NCBI GenBank assembly: GCA_001643675.2
Contig: LSRY02000030.1
Span: 434,001 to 498,000, forward strand
Direction: 5' to 3'
Origin: Monocercomonoides exilis PA203
Lineage: Eukaryota > Protista > Preaxostyla
DNA: 64,000 bases
The notes under the pieces are model-generated. The model was not told the origin of the DNA. It searched no databases and saw only the letters and a program-made list of their open reading frames with translations. A program made the position numbers and the translations under genes. This document shows, piece after piece, positions 36,021 to 49,129 of the stretch; the stretch's first letter is position 1, and each line of letters starts with the position of its first letter.

Positions 36021-39000
36021 ATGAACAAAAGCAGACATAGAAGAAGAAATACTGTTATTATTATTGTATTTCACTTCATTTGTGCCATTTTCAATCAATT
36101 GAGAAAGAAAGAGGAAAAGAGGGGAATAAGAAGAAGTTCTAAGGAATGAATGAGAAATAAACTGGAGTTTGCAGAGAAGAGAGAGAAGAGAGAGGAAATG
36201 AGAGAGCTGAGGGAGAAGATGAATGTTTGGGAGGGGAGGGGAAGAAGAAGAAGAGGAAGAGGAAGAAGATGAAGATGATGATGAAGGAGAAGAAGAAGAG
36301 GAAGAATATGAAGAATATGAAGAAGAAGATGATGAAGAAGACATTTGAACATTTGGAGAAGAGAGGAAGCGAGAATGAAGAGAAGAATGAGAGATGAATG
36401 AAGAGTTCTCAATAGAAGAAGATGATGATGATGATGATGTTTTAAGAGCAGATAAATAAGAAGAGGCAAGAGAAAGGCTGGTTTCGAGGGATTGGGAGAG
36501 TAAATAGACGAATGGAGAGGGGAAGAGAGAGGAGGAGGAGGAGGAAGAAGAAGAAGAAGAAGAAGAAAGAGAAGAAGAAAGAGAAGAAGAAAGAGAAGAA
36601 GAAAGAGAAGAAGAAAGAGAAGAAGAAGATGATGTTGTTGTTGTTGTTGATAAAACAGAAGATAAAGATTGAGATGTGTTAGAATCTTCACTCATATTTT
36701 GACATATCAAATTTTTATCTGTCATTTTGATTTCTTCTTTTCCTTCTTTCTCCTCTTTTTCTTTCAGTTCTTCTTCATCTATTTTGCATATCTGTTCCAT
36801 CAAATACACAAAATAATTCAAAATCCATTCATTTTCACACAAATTCTGCAACAAAATGAGCAAATTTTCAAAAAATTCCGCATTTCGCTGTAATTTCTCC
36901 GTTTTTCCGGTGCTTAACAATGAAATAAATGAATAAAAGCACGAAGAAAGAGAAGGAACCAGGTGAAGAAGAAGAGAAGAAGACAGAAAAATCGGAGGAG
37001 GGGTTAATTTTGACATGTATGTCAAAATAAATGGAAGTGGAGAAGAAGATGGTAAGCAAAGTGATGAAGAAATATCAGTTGAATTCTCATTTATTGGATT
37101 TTTCTTTGAGACTTCTTCTGAAACTGCATTGTTTTCTTGGATGGTTGTTATTTCTTCTGTTTCTTCCTTCTTTTCTTCTTTTTCTTTCCCATTATCATCT
37201 TTCACTTCATTAAAGTCTTCACTAACTTTTTCTTCTTCCTCATCATCTCCATCATTAAACATCAACTTATCCATCTCCAGCTCACCAGAATTAACAGCAT
37301 TTGAGCACAAATGCATAAACAATGGAGAAACAACCCTCAAAAACGTAAATCTGAAAGATGTTCCCCAAAAGGGGGAATTTTTGTATTTAATTGTGTTAAA
37401 AATATAAGTTGGGACCAAAAACACGAATTCTGCCGGCAAAGTGAGCAGAAATTGTTGAAGAGAAGAAGAAATATCTTTGACGAAATCTGATGAGGATGAA
37501 GAAGAAAGAGAAGAAGAATTAGAAGCATTTAAAGAAGAAGAAGAAGCTGATGATGATGATGATGATGAACATAGCGTATTTCCCTCTTCCACAGTTGCAT
37601 CATCATCATCATTTGTATGAGCCATCAATAACTCCATCATTTCACTCCCTTCTTCTGAACAAAAAGCATTCTTCATCTCGTCCAAACACGAATAAATCGT
37701 CTTCATCTGCTTCTTCGTCAAAAGAAGAGAAGAAGTGAACATCGGGAAATTATCATTTGTTAGCAACATTTGTGTTCCTGAATCATGTTTGATTTTGTTC
37801 AGATGCTTTGCTAATCTGTTCTTCTTCTTCTTCTCTTTCTCTTTTTCTTTCTCTTTCTTTTCTTCTCCTTTTCCTTTTCCTTCTCTTTCTCTTTCTCTTT
37901 CTCTTTCTTCTTCTTTGTTTTCTTCTTCTTTTTCTTCTTCTTTCTCCTTTCCTTCTTCATTCATCAAGCACATTTCACACAAATGAAGCATTTCTTCATT
38001 CATTTCCTCTTCCTCTTCAAACATCTCATCGCATTCTTTGTTCTCTTCCTCTGCTTCTTCTTCTTCTTCTTCCTCTTCCTCTTCTTCCTCATCATCATCT
38101 TCTTCATCTTCATATTCATATTCATATTCTTCTTCATTATCATATCCATTTTCTTCTTCTCTTTCTCTTCCTTCTCTTTCTCTTTCTCTTCTTCCCTCTC
38201 CTCTCCTTCTTCTTCTTCTCCTCTTTCTTCTCTCTCTCATTTCATCCCCTTCATTCATCTCATCCATCCATTTCCCTGCAAAGCTCTCTAAATATGGCTC
38301 CATCTGCATTAACATCTTCATCTTCATCTGTTTATTTGAATTCACTTTATTCTTGTTCTTCTTTTTATTTTTATTCTCTTCTCTTTCTCCTTCTCTTTCT
38401 CTTTCTCCTTCTCTTTCTCCTTCTTCTCTTTCTTCTCCATCTTCCTCTTCCATTTCCATTTTTATTTCTTTTTCTATCTGTTTTTCAATCACAAACAGAA
38501 TTTGCTTCAAAACAAGTGGCTGAGATTGCATCCCATCCAAAAACAAGCCCTTTTGAGAGGATTTGAGAGAAGAAAGAGAAATGTCATCATTTGTGGATGT
38601 GGATATGGAAGGGAGGAGAGAAGAGAAGAGAGAAGAAGAAGAAGGAAGAGAAGAAAGAGAAGAAAGAGAAGAAAGAGAAGAAAGAGGAGAAGAAGAAGAA
38701 GGAGAAGGAGAAGGAGAAGGAGAAGGAGAAGAAATGGAAGAAGAAGAAATTGAAGAAGAAGAAATTGAAGAAGAAGAAATTGAAGAAGAAGAAATGGAAG
38801 AAGAAGAGGAGTAAATAGAAGAACGAGAAGAAGGATAAACTTGCATGAATGAAGAGATGAATGTGTGGAGCATAGCAAGAGGAGAAGGAGAATGGAAGAG
38901 CGGATCAACACACAGACATTTGATGCACTCTTCACCAAATGAAACAGAATGGAGGGTATTTGAAGAATGAGATGAGGAAGAAGATGATGATGATGAAACA

Positions 39001-39456
39001 TCTTTGGATATGTCTTTTTTCTCCTCTTCTTCTCTCTTCTTCTCTTTCACTCCACATGCAGAAAATGACACAAAATCATTCTGATAAATGTCGTGCAAAT
39101 GAGGAAGAGAAGAAACATCGATGAAGGAGAGGAGAGAAAGAGAAAGAAAGCAGAAGAAAGAGGAAAGACGAAGAAGAATTAGAAGATGAGATGGGGTGTT
39201 GGTGATGGCTGAAATGAATGAAGAAGAAGATGATGATGATGAAGAAGGAGAAGAGGAAGAAGAAGAAGAAGAAGAGTAAGAAGAGGAAGAGGAAGAAAGA
39301 GAAGAAGAAGAAGAAGAATGAGAAGAAGAAGCAAAAGAAGAAGAGATGATAAGTCTGATGAAATGTTCACCGCCCAAATAGCAGAAGGCAGCAGCACGAA
39401 GAAGAGTGGAGCAGATGAGAGAGCAACTGAAATGTAGAGAAGATCTGATGGAAGAA

Positions 39457-39488
<32 letters not shown>

Positions 39489-41583
39489 GGAAGAAGAGGA
39501 AGGAAATGAAGTGGAAGAAGATGTTGAAGAAGAAGAAGGTGATGATGATGGTGAATTTAATAAACAAGATGAATCCTGCATATTTTGATCAAAATCACTT
39601 GGAAAGTTTCTGAACACAATATTTGGCTTGCTATTTTTATTTTTATTTGTTTTTCTTTTCTTTTGAGAAGAAGGTGTTTGAAGAGGGAAAAGAGGCATCA
39701 GATGAGTGATGAGGTTGCTAAGCAGGATGATCAGCTTGTCATTGGAAGATAATATTGATGATGAAGAGAGGGGTGAAAGGAGAGAAGAAGAAGAAGAAGA
39801 AGGTGATGAAGAAGATGAGGAAGCAGAAGAAGAAGCAGATGAAGATGAAGATGAAGAAATAGAAATAGAAGGAGGAGAAGAAGAAGAAGAAGAGGAAGAA
39901 GAAGAATTAACAGCATTATTAATAGTGCAATTGATGGCATCAACAATATCCATAATGTCATTGAAGTCAATAACATCTGGAGGAAGCTTAATCATTTCCC
40001 TTGAAATTATTTCTCTGTTTTGTAAAGAAGAAGAGGAGGAAGAAGAAGAAGAAGAAGAAGAAGCATTTTCTTCCATATTATTTGACAGATCTCTTTGTGA
40101 AGAAGAAGAAGATGATGATGATGATGATGATGCTGTTCCCAATCCATTCTCTTCTTCATCACTTTCTGTTTCTTCAGAAGAAAGAGATGTTTGTGTATGA
40201 GATTGAGAATGGAGTTGTGATGTTTCTTCTGCTTCTGATTGAAGTGACTCTGAAGAAGAAGAAGAAGAAGAAGATTTCGATGAAGAAGATTTTGAAGAAG
40301 AAGAAGAGGAAGAAGAAGAAGAAAGAGGAGAAGGTTTAAACTTCTCATTCCCCTCTGGTGCTGATGATGACATCACTCTTCTGTGCTTCTTAATCCTCAA
40401 CGAAGTAAATGACCCAAATCTCCCTCTTTTCCCTTCTCTTTCTTCACTTTCATCGTCCAATGAATCAATAGCATCTCCATATAACTCCAGATTCATCTCA
40501 CGTATGATTGTCGCATCTTCCTCATCATCATCCTCCTCCTCCTCATCTTCATCATATTCACAATCATCCCCGTTCCTCTTCCTCTGAGCTGCCAGCTCTG
40601 CTTTCCTCTTCTGTGCTGCCTCTTCTCCGCCTTCTCCTTCCTGTCTGAGCTCAATCTCCGCCAGACTCTTTGCCGGCGGCTTCTTCCGCATCTCCTTGTT
40701 CACTTTCTTCCCATCTATCGATCGCAGCTTCGTCTGCCTCAGCGCATACACAATGTGGTGCTCCAGCTCCTCTGCACGGTACTCGTACAGAAACGGGTTC
40801 GCCTCCACAAACAGCTTCTCCAGCCGCTGGAAAGTGCCGAGGATTGTGAGGTTTGACTGCATTTCCGTTGGAGTCCACGAAAAATAGTTGTACGAGATAT
40901 TGAGCGATATCAATGAACGCGTAAGGTGAAGAATGGGCATCAGGCTTCCACTTATTCGATTGTGAGAAATATCCAATATACGCAGTGCCACATGACTAGG
41001 CAAAACAGGAATGCTCCTTAGCTGAAAAATATAAATATAAATAAATAAAATTTTGAAATTTAGTGAAAAACATTTGTCAATTTTTGGAAGAAGATTGTTT
41101 TTAAAAAAATAGCCAACTCTATTTTTCTGAACATAAATTTCTTCGACAGCAGGAATGCCTTCGAGAGAAATTGTCCTTAACGAATTTGAATCCAGCCAAA
41201 TACGCCTCAATCTTGGAAATCCAAGTTTTGACTCCATTTGATCATTACTAGCTTCGCGGATGTTAAATGTTTTCAATTTATTGCCGCTACATATTTTTAA
41301 AGAATGAATTGATTGAAATTCGAAGAAGAAATTCACACCTTAGATCAATTTCTTTAACAAATTGAACAGGTAAGCACGTTCCAAAAGACTTCGCTGAAGT
41401 GAGCATAAATGCTGTTCTGCCTTTGCATTGGCAGGTATTGTTCATACAAATATAGACTGGATATTGTTTTGCAACCACATGACTCGCTTTCATCAAATCC
41501 TGTAATATGTCAGGAGTGATTTGATAAACAATGTGTTTGATTGGTTTTATGCAAGAATGCTTATGATTAGATCTGTCTGACAT
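23661..41583 (-). CDS. ~5,900-aa protein with N-terminal leucine-rich repeats and massive poly-Ser and Glu/Lys low-complexity tracts; introns 41287-41338 and 41022-41117
   Basis: 17.6-kb open frame. LRR motifs EIDLSGNKL, RIWLDSNSL, ILDISHNRI, SLNISYNYF, KLFVEANPF. Removing two GT-AG introns (52 and 96 bp) restores the LRR register and gives an ATG at 41583. Confidence 0.85.
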
Positions 41584-41718
41584 AGCTTACCAAATGGAAC
41601 TCTGAATTAACTTAAATTAAAAGGAATAATTGAATAAAATAAAAGTGTTTTGATCTTTTTCCCATCAACTTATGAATAAAAAAATGCCTAAATGATTTCA
41701 GATCACTACATTTTTATT
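41584..41718. promoter_or_regulatory. Putative 135-bp bidirectional promoter between the LRR gene and rps20
   Basis: Divergent start codons at 41583 (-) and 41719 (+) with an AT-rich spacer. Confidence 0.55.
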
Positions 41719-42251
41719 ATGGAGAAAAAAACTGCCAAAGGAGCTGGCAAAGCCCTTCAAAAGCCAACGCAAAGCGTAAATAAAATACGCGTCACACTTA
41801 CAGGCAGAAATCATAAACATCTTGAAAAGGGTTAGCGATAAATGGTAATTTATAAATTTTTCATGTTCTTTATTATTTACAGTCGCATCCGATCTTTTGG
41901 AACGTGCAAAAAGCAATCCAACAAAGCCAAAAGTGAAAGGTCCAGTTAGAATGCCTACAAAAGTTCTGCGAATTACAACAAGAAAAACTCCATGTGGAGA
42001 AGGTTAAATTTTAAATTAATTTCAAATTTTTTGTAAATTTCAATGCATCATTGGAATATTTATTTTGAAATGTATTTTCAGGTTCGAAAACGTGGGATAG
42101 ATTTGAGATGAGAATACATAAACGTGTTATTGAATTGTTTACAAATGTTGACACTGTTAAAGATATTATCAATGTTAATATTGAACCAGGAGTTGATATC
42201 GATGTGGCTTTAATAAAGTTTCAATCAAGGGCTCAGCCAAAGAAGGAGTAA
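41719..42251 (+). CDS. RPS20: 40S ribosomal protein S20 (uS10), 133 aa; exons 41719-41830, 41883-42002, 42082-42251
   Basis: The spliced translation contains [47 protein letters not shown]. Two GT-AG introns. Missed by the ORF track. Confidence 0.97.
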
Positions 42252-42738
42252 ATGATCAAATTGGTATTTGTTCATTTCGTTGAGCTTTTAAAATCAACAT
42301 TTTGAACATAATTACCTTCTTATTTTTTTCATGTATAAATGAAATAAATGATTTTAAAGCGAATTTATTTGATTTGATTTTTATTGAAAAAGAAATTTTC
42401 TTGAAAATATGAAAATTTTGAAGATTTAGCACAAATTATTTGTAACGAACATTTTCTTATCTTCGTTGCAATAATCCAAGCAGCGCGAATGTCTATTTTT
42501 AAGTGGAAAGAAATATCAAAAACTATTTGAAAAGAATATATAATGCATCGATCAATTAAGTTTAAAAATTTATAAATCATAATCAACAAAGTTATTTAAT
42601 AAACAGAATGCAATGCTTATCATAAAAGGTTGAAGTTAAAAAACATTGGATATTGAATCAAATTTGATCGCAGTTGAACCTTATTTTTTTCTTCATTTTA
42701 TGTTGGAAACGGCAAAGGGGGAATTGTTAAAAATTGAC

Positions 42739-43809
42739 ATGGAGATTATCAAGGAGCTTGTTCCTGAAAGTGAAAGAAAACCAGTCATAGAGGATTGTTT
42801 AAAGGTTAAATTTGGACATGTTTTCACTGATCACATGTTCGTTCAAGAATATAAAGATGGAAAATGGCAAAATGGAGTAATTAAGAAAGTTGATAATCTG
42901 AGTCTTCATCCTGGTGCTTTGGTTCTTCACTACGGACAGGAGATATTCGAAGGTGCAAAGTGCTTCAAAACCGCATCTGGAAAGTTTGCTATGTTCAGAA
43001 TTAAGGACAATATCGCAAGAATGAACAGAAGTGCTGCAAAATTGGAAATGCCTCAAATGGACCCAGAATATGCAGAGCGTGCAATTAAAGAATTGATTAA
43101 AGTTGATGAACGACACATTCCAACACAAGAAGGTTGCTCATTGTATATTCGGCCATTCATGATCGCAACTGAACCAGGACTTGGTGTTCGTCCGTCAAGC
43201 AATTTTATCTTCTGCGTTTTATTGTGTCCCGTTGGAGCTTATTATCCCGAGGGATTCAAGCCAGCGAAAATTTATTCAACAGATAAATATTCTCGTTCTG
43301 CTCCTCGTGGAACTGGAGATATTAAATGCGGAGGAAATTACGCTGCTTCTCTTGCTGGAGGTGAAGAAGCACATAAGCATGGCTGCTCTCAAATGTTGTG
43401 GTTGGATTCTCGAACTCACAAATACGTTGAAGAAGTTGGATCAATGAATGTGTTTTTTGTGAAAGAAGGAACAGTTTACACTGCTCCTTTGGCAGGAACA
43501 ATTTTGCCAGGTATCACTCGTGCATCTGTAATTACGTTATGCAAAGATAATGATATTCCTGTGAAGGAAGAAGCACTTGAAATTGATGAGTTATGCAAGG
43601 ATATTGAAGCAGGAAGAGTGACTGAGATTTTCGGATCTGGAACTGCTGCATCAATATGTCCTGTGAGCGAGTTAGTATACAAAGAAGGAAGATACGTTGT
43701 TTCAGAAGGAAAAATTGGACCTGTTACTCAAAAGATGTACGATCTTATCATTGGAATTCAAAGAGGAAACGTTGAAGATAAATATGGTTGGTTGACATAT
43801 CTTGACTAA
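42739..43809 (+). CDS. ilvE: Branched-chain amino acid aminotransferase (PLP fold type IV), 356 aa, intronless
   Basis: FGHVFTDHM, LHYGQEIFEG, LYIRPF, KCGGNYA (PLP lysine), EEVGSMN, ILPGITR, GSGTAA. ATG 42739 is chosen over the upstream alternatives because it gives a typical length. Confidence 0.96.
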   Translation: MEIIKELVPESERKPVIEDCLKVKFGHVFTDHMFVQEYKDGKWQNGVIKKVDNLSLHPGALVLHYGQEIFEGAKCFKTASGKFAMFRIKDNIARMNRSAAKLEMPQMDPEYAERAIKELIKVDERHIPTQEGCSLYIRPFMIATEPGLGVRPSSNFIFCVLLCPVGAYYPEGFKPAKIYSTDKYSRSAPRGTGDIKCGGNYAASLAGGEEAHKHGCSQMLWLDSRTHKYVEEVGSMNVFFVKEGTVYTAPLAGTILPGITRASVITLCKDNDIPVKEEALEIDELCKDIEAGRVTEIFGSGTAASICPVSELVYKEGRYVVSEGKIGPVTQKMYDLIIGIQRGNVEDKYGWLTYLD

Positions 43810-45028
43810 TTTATAATATCTTAAAAGAATACATATGTGTGTGAATATTTGATATTTTCTTGTAAGCATTCGTTGTATATTTGACCTTGTATATAAATAT
43901 TTTTTGTTTGATTTTTGATAATTTTTTCTATGTCTCTGTAAACACTTAATTCAAACTGTCTTAATAAACAGATAAGAAAACTATCTTGATTCAAATTTTT
44001 TTAAAGAAACTTGCAAAGAAAATTTTTATTATTATTATTATGTTGATCCGGTGGATGACATTTTTAAATAGAAAGGAACAGCAAATATTATTCTGCATCA
44101 AAAAAAGTTTAATTCAAGATTGAAAATTCAATAATCTTTAAAATTATCAAAAACATTTATATATTCAGAATTATTTCTTTAGTTTTTCTTTCAGTGAATG
44201 ATCAGAAAAATTTTGCAATTTCAAGAATAGATACAATACAGATTTAATTAGATTATTTGTATTAATGGAGGTTTTTTAAATAGACCTCTATTAATTTGAA
44301 TTAATGCCACTCAATTCAAATTAAAGCACAAAATTTAGAAATCCACAAGAGATTTTGAATTAGAAAAAATCATTCAAATTAATAATAATTGTGGGAAAGG
44401 AAAATAAAATGAACAAAAAACACCTATTAAAATAAAGTGGAAATAAAAGAAAAATCAAACCTTTTTTAACGGTTTTATTTACGAAATCTTGATTATTCTA
44501 CGGAAGCGTGAAAATAAGCATAAAATAAATAAATGTTTAATAAATAATTTGTCAACAAAATGTAATTATCATTTGTTTTGAGTTTTGTGTGAAGAATGAT
44601 TCGCTTCGAAGATAATTTTTATCGATTTTGCATAAACGATAAAAAGAATACAACGACATTCTATTAATTCTGATGAACAAATTTGTTTCGTGAATGTGTT
44701 TTATTAAACTGTTAATATTTTCACAATTATCATAGAATGGCGACGTTGAAGTTGCAATATCGTAGGTCAATTTTCTTTTTCATTTTTCATTTTCCTTATT
44801 TATTTTAACTTTTTCACTCTTTCTCTCTTTTGTCGTAATCTCATGATTACAAAATGATCTTTCTCTTTTTCTTTCAATAATAACTCTCTCTTTCATATCA
44901 CTTCACTCATCTTCTTTATTTTCGTTATCATTTATCTCTTCATTTTCATACCACATCCCCGTAAAATCTCTAATGCCAACTTCTTTGTAAAGAAGTACAT
45001 TTTCTTCCTTTCGCCTTTGCATCTGTTT

Positions 45029-46896
45029 TTAGGAGCATCCCACATTCTCTGTAATTTTTTCCTCTTTTATTTTCTCGATCTCCATTAAACTTTCTCTCAT
45101 ACAGCTGCTGAAGAAATTGTTGTCACTCGAAGAAAATGTGCTGGCAGTTGTAGATGAGGCGAATGAGATCCACCCGCCATTGGTGGCAGTCTGAAGGTTT
45201 TGTGGAGCTGAGTCGATGCTGGTCATGGTGCAATTGGTGAGGGAGAGGGAGAGGGCAGGGGAGGTGGCAGAGGAGAGGACACAGCTGGTGGGGGTGGCTG
45301 TGGAGGTGATATCGGTGATGTTGGAGGAGTTGAGGGTGAGGGGAGCGGTGAGGGAGGTGAGGTGGAAGATGCTTTGACTGTTGAGGGTGAGATGAGTGAT
45401 TGCTGTGTGGTTGAGGGCGAGGGAGCCAGCAGTGAGGAAGAAGAGGGGAGTTTTTATTGGAATGGAGGTTGTTCCGGTGATGGTGGTTGTGTTGAGGTTG
45501 AGGGAAGGGGAGTTACCGGAGAGGTGGAAGAGGATGGGGGTGATGGGATTTGTGGAGTTGTGAGCGATGGCGAGGGCAGAGACAATAAGGGAGCCCTGGG
45601 TCTGTTGGAAGAGGGCAGAAGCGGAAGATGGACCTGGTGAAGAAGACATTGATGATGATGATGAAGGTTGAGGAATGTCACTGGAGGCGATGGTGGTGGC
45701 ATCTGTTCCGTTTCCTGTGATTTTCAAGTCAGCTGCGCAGAATGTGAGAGTTTCTGTTGGGACAAATGTTGAGTTTAAGAGTGTGAGAGAGACGTCTTGG
45801 GTATCTGTCATGCGAACAAGAGCGAATTCAATTGTTTCTCAGTGACTGAGTTGCGTGATTCCGCAGAGATCGGTATTTGTTCCATTATTAGACACAATTT
45901 TGAATGTTGTAATGAGAGGGAGCCATCTGTTATAATCGTTATTTGTTGCTGTTTCGCAGTTCCAGACTCTTTTTGCTTTAGTTGTTGAACCATAATTTTC
46001 AAATGGAGATTGAGTGATGCTGCTTCCATTGAAAAACACTTCATTTCCTCTTCCACTATTTGCTGTGTTATCGAAGAAACAGAATGTTATGAATCTTATT
46101 TCATTCATCCAAGGAAAAGTTGAATAGAAGTGAATACCAGCTCCACCAAGAGATGATAACGAGTTGTTCAATTTGTTATTTAAAAATTGACATTCACTAA
46201 CTGAAAAATTACTTGGTTCGCTTCTTGGAGGATCAGAAAAAGTCAAAGAACCAGCAGAATCACCACCGGAATTTGAAATGCACTTGCATTTGGAAAACAA
46301 GAATTGAGCATTTGACGACATGTTTTCGAGTTTGAAATACCGACCAGTTCCACACCTACTTGTTATTGAACAGCTTTCCACCTTGTTATCTGAAAACGTC
46401 CAAACAGAATTTGATTGAGGCCAGCATACATAAGCAGCTCCTGCATGTAATGCCAAACAATTTGTAAAATTAGATGTTGTGATGTTTACATTTGACAAAG
46501 TTTGAACGAACAACGCTCCACCATGATCACCAATCGAACATTTGCTGAATGAACATGAAGTGATTGCGAGATTGGCAATTGCGAAAATAACTTTAAGTAC
46601 TCCTCCCCAATCATTTCCTTCATTTGTATTTAACTATGTGCACCATTCAAATTTGTTGCTGTTCAGTCCGAATGAAGTGAATCTTCCTGACGTTGCTCTT
46701 TTATTTTCTGATCCTTCGTGTATCATAGAAGCATTTGATAAAGAGCGCGTTTGGTGGAAGAAGGAGGTGTTGAAGACAAAGAGAGATTTGTCGGATCTGT
46801 TGATGGAAGAGATGACAAATTCGTTGATGGAACTTTGAGTTTGCTGGAAGTGAAAGCTGTTGATGGGAAATAGAGAGAATAAATAGATTTGATCAT
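45029..46896 (-). pseudogene. Frameshifted, truncated member of a Cys-rich beta-helix surface-protein family (N-terminal modules only)
   Basis: Collinear ORF fragments (NTSFFHQTR, FEWCT, DHGGALFV..FTNC, FITFCFF..GSTT..RVW, DLCGITQ). Paralogous to 52834-54190 and to the N-terminal module of the 3072-aa protein. Confidence 0.75.
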
Positions 46897-47723
46897 AGAT
46901 ATTTAATATTTGTTTGCGAGAAACCCTGAGGATGGAGAATGCAATGAATGTGAAGCATCCAAAGTAAAAATGTTTGTAGAATTCGGAACATGTTAGAAAA
47001 TCGTATAATCGGTAAAATAAGAAGATAAATATCGAAAAAGAAAATATTTTCAAAAAAATATAAAATGTTCTTTATAAAAAACGAAATCTTGAAAAAAAAA
47101 CCATATATTCCTTTAAACATTCAGTGTTTTATATATTTCTTGTTAATGATTTTTAACATTGTTTATCAACAAGGCGAAAAATGAAAAACAATATTGTTTG
47201 TAAATTGCTGTTGCTTAAATCGAAAAAAGTAGTAAATACCAAGTGAGGACTGATCAAAACGGAACAGAAGTTGTTTTTGGTGCTCCAGTTTAAAGAAACA
47301 GTTTGCAATTGCGAAGAAACAGACAAAAAATTTGATGAAGCTTTTATGATTTGTATATTGGGAAAAATGAATTTTTAATTGTTAAAACCATGCATACTCG
47401 CATTATATAACTCATGTTTTTGATAACATAAGTTGGAATAGCATTTTAAACGAATTATCGAATTATTCTATTTTTTCGAAGAAGATTATTGAAAGATCAT
47501 AATTTTTGCAAAAAGAGAATCAAAATTAACTTCAATATTTCATATTAATCTTTTTTGCAAATTATTTAATGTTATCTGTTTTCATGTTTTGAACATTCAA
47601 TTCAAAATAGGATGAAGATTCAGTCACTCACAATTCATGTTAATTGTTAAATGTTGGCAACAATGATTCTTAAATTATTATGGTTTCTTCGGTTAAACAT
47701 ATTTGTCTATCTTTTTGCTGGAA

Positions 47724-49129
47724 ATGCCTTCAACATTATCGACTTTTTCTATATCTTCATTTGAAACAACATTAACAGGATTCATTCCAAAATTAGACCT
47801 CCACTTCATTTCATCCTTCTTGTCTCGAAAACCATCAAAAACAAAAGTTTCATAAATTCGTTCATTCTTCGACGCATGCAAAATAAGAAAAGCAAAAATA
47901 CCTTCAAACGTGCGTATTGCAAAGGCACTCAACTGCACACCGAGCCTTGTCTGCCAGATTCGAACTGGATATATAAGAAAAAAGGTGATTGAGAAAAAGA
48001 ACATGTTGATGACTCGAAAGCAAGAAAAACGAGTCATGGAAATACTGAAAAATTTGAGAGATAAAAGAAAGCAAATCACACCGAAAACGCTAAGAGCCGT
48101 TGTTGCAAAAGTTTGCCATTAAACGCCTTCTCACAATTTTCATTCTTCATTCATAAAAAGGCATAGCAAGGAATTGATGATTGTTCCATCAAGCGTGAGA
48201 GACGAAAAAAGAATGAAAATTTCGGAACAAAGTATTATAACCTGGAAAAATTACTTGACTCAATATGTGAATGGAAAAATATTCTTCAATGATCTTTTGT
48301 GCTGATGAATCAGGTTATCATGCGCATGAAGATGCAAGAAAGGTGAACTTAATCGTTGGAACAAATGAAAATCTTGAAATGAATCACACACCTGTTGACA
48401 GAGGAGAAAAAAGGTTATCATTGCTTCATTGTATTTCACTTGATGGAACTTTTGTTCCTCCTTGTTTTCTGGTGCAAAAACCATTCAACATTAGATCCCT
48501 TCAATCTTTTGGCTATCAAATAGGAATTCATGGTTGCGTTGAAATTGGAAATTCGTCTTATTTTACAAAGGAGTTGTTTGAAAACTGGATTGAGAAAGTT
48601 TTCATTCCTCATGTCAACATTGAAAGAATGATTTTGCCAGATATACATGCACAAGCGGTGTTGATGCTTGATGGGTGCCGAATATACCTGTCGGACAACG
48701 TATTGACTCGACTTGCTAATGAAAATAAACAGCTTTTGGTTTTACCTCCAAATACCACACATTTGTTGCAGTCATTGGATTTGTCAATTTTCTCTCTGGA
48801 AGCTTCAAATTCAACAGGTTTGGTCGGGTTCAACGCACGACAGCGTGGAACAACTTTTGTGGGTTGCAGTGAATGCTATTCTGCAAGTTTCTTCGTCGAT
48901 TAACATTTTTTCTGCTTTTAAAGAAAGTGGACTTGTGAATGATTTTCACAGAGCTCCTTCAACAGCGCGGATCTTCGAAGAAAGCTTCCAAAAAGTGATT
49001 GAAATTGTCAAATTGGACAACAAGTCATTGCCACTGTCATGCACAAGACAAACAAGACAAACAAAAGGAGGAGAGTGGGGAATTATGAACATTGACAAGA
49101 TGCCAGTTTATTTTGGACTTCCGCAATAA
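47724..49129 (+). pseudogene. Decayed DDE_1 (pogo-like) transposase, second subfamily
   Basis: HTH-like RIAKALNCTPSLV, then IFCADESG, VLMLDG, LPPNTTHLLQSLDLSIF. Stops and frameshifts. A candidate right TIR lies at 49332-49353; no left TIR was found. Confidence 0.85.

Noticed and set aside
26059-40348. Many Glu/Lys/Arg-rich plus-strand ORFs and Leu/Phe-rich alternate-frame ORFs
   Set aside because: They are shadows of the poly-Ser trinucleotide repeats in the giant LRR gene, which lack stops in other frames.
42646-42738. N-terminal extension of the aminotransferase as a targeting peptide
   Set aside because: It arises from a TTG start call; homology begins near ATG 42739. An in-frame ATG at 42700 cannot be excluded.
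44520-44710. Possible retroviral-type integrase remnant (KC..CQQN, IIFIDFA, YNDILLIL)
   Set aside because: Too short and degenerate to support without a profile search.
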